Shown here: one piece after another, positions 61,262 to 64,000 of the stretch | Layout of the letters: each line of letters opens with the position of its first letter | Position numbering within the stretch: the first letter of the stretch is position 1 | Assembly (NCBI GenBank): GCA_963706285.1 | Contig: CAVPLU010000008.1 | Location: 49,210-113,209, forward strand | DNA: 64,000 nt | Reading direction: 5' to 3' | From: Candidatus Bathyarchaeota archaeon | Lineage (GTDB): Archaea > Thermoproteota > Bathyarchaeia > 40CM-2-53-6 | Program-made: the position numbers and the translations under genes | The notes under the pieces: generated by a model | Told to the model about the DNA's origin: nothing | What the model saw: the letters and a program-made list of their open reading frames with translations, nothing else | Database searches by the model: none

Positions 61262-62278
61262 ATGAAAGCAAATTCCGACGTAGAGGCCATCTTAAGCAAG
61301 GGACTTTCGCGAAGCGGGATTACTAGGGAGGAGGCATTGAGGTTGATGGAGATTGATGTCCATTCGCCTGAAATGTACTCGCTCTATTTCGTCGCGGACA
61401 GGATGACAAGGCAACAGTTCCACAACATGGGCGAAGTTCACGCTCAGATCGGGATTGATTATTCGCCATGTTCCAAGAGATGCAAGTTCTGTGTATTCGG
61501 CACAATCGCTGAAAAGCGCATCCAATTTGATGTTAACGAGGTTGTGGCCAGAGCCAAAATCTTCCAAGCGTCTGGAGCAAATGCAATCTATCTTATGACA
61601 ACCGATGGGTACGATTTTGATGAGTTCCTCAACATTGGAAAACAGGTTAAGGCCTCTCTTTCACCTCGTATGCCAATGGTGGCTAACATAGGAGACTTCG
61701 GTCCGAGCGAAGCAGAGTCCTTAGCTGAAGCAGGGTTCACTGCGATCTACCATGCAGTCAGACTCAGAGAGGGCCATGATACCACAATAGACCCTCAGGT
61801 GCGGATGCGAACCATCAAATCGGCTCAAAACGTCGGCTTATCTGCGCTCTTCTGTCTTGAGCCGATCGGACCTGAACACACAGCTGAAGAGATGGTTGAT
61901 CTAATGTTTCTAGGAAAAGACCTGGGCGTGAGTCTGCACGGAGCTATGCGAAGAGTCTCAGCTGAGGGTATGCCTCTTCAACACCATGGAGACATAACTT
62001 CACCAAGCCTCGCCAAGGCAGTCGCGGTTTGCAGGCTCGTCATGGGTGATTCTCTCCTTGCGCACTGCACACATGAACCAAATCTACCTTCCCTGCTTGC
62101 TGGCGCGAATCTGCTGTGGGCAGAGGCAGGACCAAATCCCAGGGACGCGGAGGTTGACACCTCAACCCAGCGCGGAAGAGGGTTATCTGTTGAAGAATGT
62201 CGGAGAATGCTGTGGGAAGCGGGATTTGAGCTCCTTACAGGACCGTCCCCTTGCGCGAGGAAACGCGATGTGTCTTAA
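61262..62278 (+). CDS. Radical SAM protein, biotin synthase-like
   Basis: CSKRCKFC, YHAVRLREG, CLEPIGPEH, CTHEPN, AEAGPNPRD. Confidence 0.85.
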   Translation: MKANSDVEAILSKGLSRSGITREEALRLMEIDVHSPEMYSLYFVADRMTRQQFHNMGEVHAQIGIDYSPCSKRCKFCVFGTIAEKRIQFDVNEVVARAKIFQASGANAIYLMTTDGYDFDEFLNIGKQVKASLSPRMPMVANIGDFGPSEAESLAEAGFTAIYHAVRLREGHDTTIDPQVRMRTIKSAQNVGLSALFCLEPIGPEHTAEEMVDLMFLGKDLGVSLHGAMRRVSAEGMPLQHHGDITSPSLAKAVAVCRLVMGDSLLAHCTHEPNLPSLLAGANLLWAEAGPNPRDAEVDTSTQRGRGLSVEECRRMLWEAGFELLTGPSPCARKRDVS

Positions 62279-62476
62279 GGGAAAATGAGTTGCCCACATT
62301 CCTTTCAACGAGTTCTGAGGCTGGACATGGATCATCATGCAATGGAGCACTAGCCTAACGCGCAAGACACCTGATGCTGGGTTACAGCTGGAGGCAGCTG
62401 CAAGATCGAACTATGATTGGTTAATCTGAAGCGATGCTCCTGACCGGCAGAGTGATTGTCGGTGATAGGTTCAGCA

Positions 62477-63224
62477 TTGATTCCTCGATGTGCGGAATGT
62501 CCTGGAACTTATTGCCGTTCGGCTCCCATGGAAAAGCTCAAGGACAGATGTGCTGCCCGAATACTGTCCTATGCGAAGCAGCCCTGATGCTATCAAAGGG
62601 TTGATTAATCGATATTCTGACAATGATGTCAGGGAAACCTACGTTAACGCCGCAGCCACTGAGAAAGCAGCAACTCCCACTATCCTGGGAGTTCCCAGAG
62701 TAGTCAAGTCTCGAATAGAGCAACTAGTAGATTTCGGGAAGTTTCAAGGCATCGAAACAATGGGCGTTGCCTTCTGCGTCGCGCTCCGTGACGAAGCATC
62801 AACGCTAGTGAAGCTGCTGAGGGAGCAGGGCTTTGATGTGGCATCTGTCTGCTGCAAATGCGGCGCGGCCGACAAGACAAACCTCGGAGTTCCAGAAAAA
62901 TACAAAACCAAGGGAAAAAGCGTGTTTGAAGCAGCATGCAACCCGATACTTCAAGCTGAAATGCTCAACAGGGCTGGGGCGCAAGTCAACATCATCGTTG
63001 GCTTGTGTGTAGGCCACGACATGCTCTTCACAAAGAACTCAAACGCGCTCGTCACAACTTTCATCGTCAAAGACAAACTGCTAGGCCACAACCCCATCAA
63101 AGGGCTGAAGCATGGAAAGCAGGTCCGAAGACCAGACTCTAAGACCTCGAGAAGCCCGGCAAGCGAACCAACACAGGATTCTGGCGCTGCTCAACGTCCT
63201 CTGGACCCTTCCTTGTTCTTATAG
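62477..63224 (+). CDS. DUF1847 metal-binding protein; apparent frameshift near 62540
   Basis: CAEC...C in the first frame; GVAFCVAL, SVCCKCG, CNPILQA, GLCVGHD, KDKLLGHNP. Confidence 0.85.
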
Positions 63225-63260
63225 GAAGGCTTATTTGGTTCTGAATATTTATTCGTTATT

Positions 63261-63596
63261 ATGGCCAGGCCTAAGATATGCCGCACGGTCTGCTGCGAAC
63301 CATCCGTCAACTACTTCAAACCAAGAGGGATTCCAATGACTGAACTTGATAGGGTCAGCTTGGCGGTGGACGAGCTTGAGGCAATACGATTGAAAGACCT
63401 CGAATCGATGGAGCAGGAGAGAGCCGCCGCGACGATGAATGTATCCCAACCAACATTTCACCGAATCATACAATCTGCACACAACAAGGTGGCAGACGCC
63501 CTGGTCAACGGTAAAGCAATCAGAATTGAAGGTGGAGAATATGTCGTTAAAGAAAGAAAACAAACTGGAAAACGTAGAAAGACAGGAGGACACTAG
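63261..63596 (+). CDS. DUF134 (UPF0251) HTH regulator
   Basis: MARPKICR, FKPRG, ELEAIRLKD, MNVSQPTFHR, KVADALVNGKAIRIEGG; palindrome GAATA-TT-TATTC just upstream (63243-63254). Confidence 0.92.
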   Translation: MARPKICRTVCCEPSVNYFKPRGIPMTELDRVSLAVDELEAIRLKDLESMEQERAAATMNVSQPTFHRIIQSAHNKVADALVNGKAIRIEGGEYVVKERKQTGKRRKTGGH

Positions 63597-63600
63597 TCAA

Positions 63601-63996
63601 ATGGACAGAATCAAGATAGCGATACCATGCACAGGTGAGGCAAGCCTCCAATCCCAAGTATCATCTCACTTCGGCCGATGCGACTCTTACGCGATAGTAA
63701 CGCTAGAAAAAGGAGAAGTGAAGACGATAGATTCGATATTGAATGGAGGGCACTCAGACTGCGCTAGCCCCGTGAGAGCGCTCGCAGAGAAAGGAGTCAA
63801 CCTAATGCTTGTGGAAGGAATGGGGATGCGTCCATACTTGGTGTTCAAGCAACTAGGAATCGAGATCAGATGCGGAATCAAAGGAACCGTGTCAGAGGCT
63901 GTTGAGGGCTATTTGAAAGGAGAAACATACGCAATGACACAGGATAGCTTATGCGGACAACACACTAGCGCGAACGGATCATGCCATCACGAATGA
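63601..63996 (+). CDS. NifB/NifX family metal-cluster-binding protein
   Basis: KIAIP, VSSHFGRC, GMGMRP, His/Cys-rich tail. Confidence 0.88.
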   Translation: MDRIKIAIPCTGEASLQSQVSSHFGRCDSYAIVTLEKGEVKTIDSILNGGHSDCASPVRALAEKGVNLMLVEGMGMRPYLVFKQLGIEIRCGIKGTVSEAVEGYLKGETYAMTQDSLCGQHTSANGSCHHE

Positions 63997-64000
63997 AATT

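Overview
Archaeal chromosomal segment of about 50% GC, from a TACK-type lineage. Bathyarchaeia is the most plausible source, inferred from the BHB-intron tRNA, zinc-ribbon-tailed membrane proteins, TRAM protein, PGF-like sorting signal and Thaumarchaeota-like his operon. Contents in order: partial LarA; tRNA-Leu(CAG) with two non-canonical introns; an Arg-rich micro-ORF and a DUF4062 protein; a complete NHEJ operon (Prim-Pol, Ku, ligase-phosphoesterase, DUF72); a PD40 repeat surface protein; a his operon lacking hisE whose HisI is fused to a purine phosphoribosyltransferase; fused remnants of an acyl-CoA synthetase and glycerol kinase; a DEAD-box/OB-fold cluster; a gNOR-like heme-copper oxidase with CuA-less subunit II, hemerythrin and YHS; a radical SAM and a Pro/Tyr/Gly-rich protein; IscS lacking the PLP lysine with IscU; a large structured intergenic region; RACo; a putative heat-shock repressor with operators and Hsp20; cobalamin-uptake-like genes; thyA; Tat; and a CooC/radical SAM/DUF1847/DUF134/NifX cluster. 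About a dozen single-base frameshifts in housekeeping genes suggest long-read consensus errors. No CRISPR, rRNA or transposase/integrase was seen. All family calls come from motif recognition by eye, not database searches.
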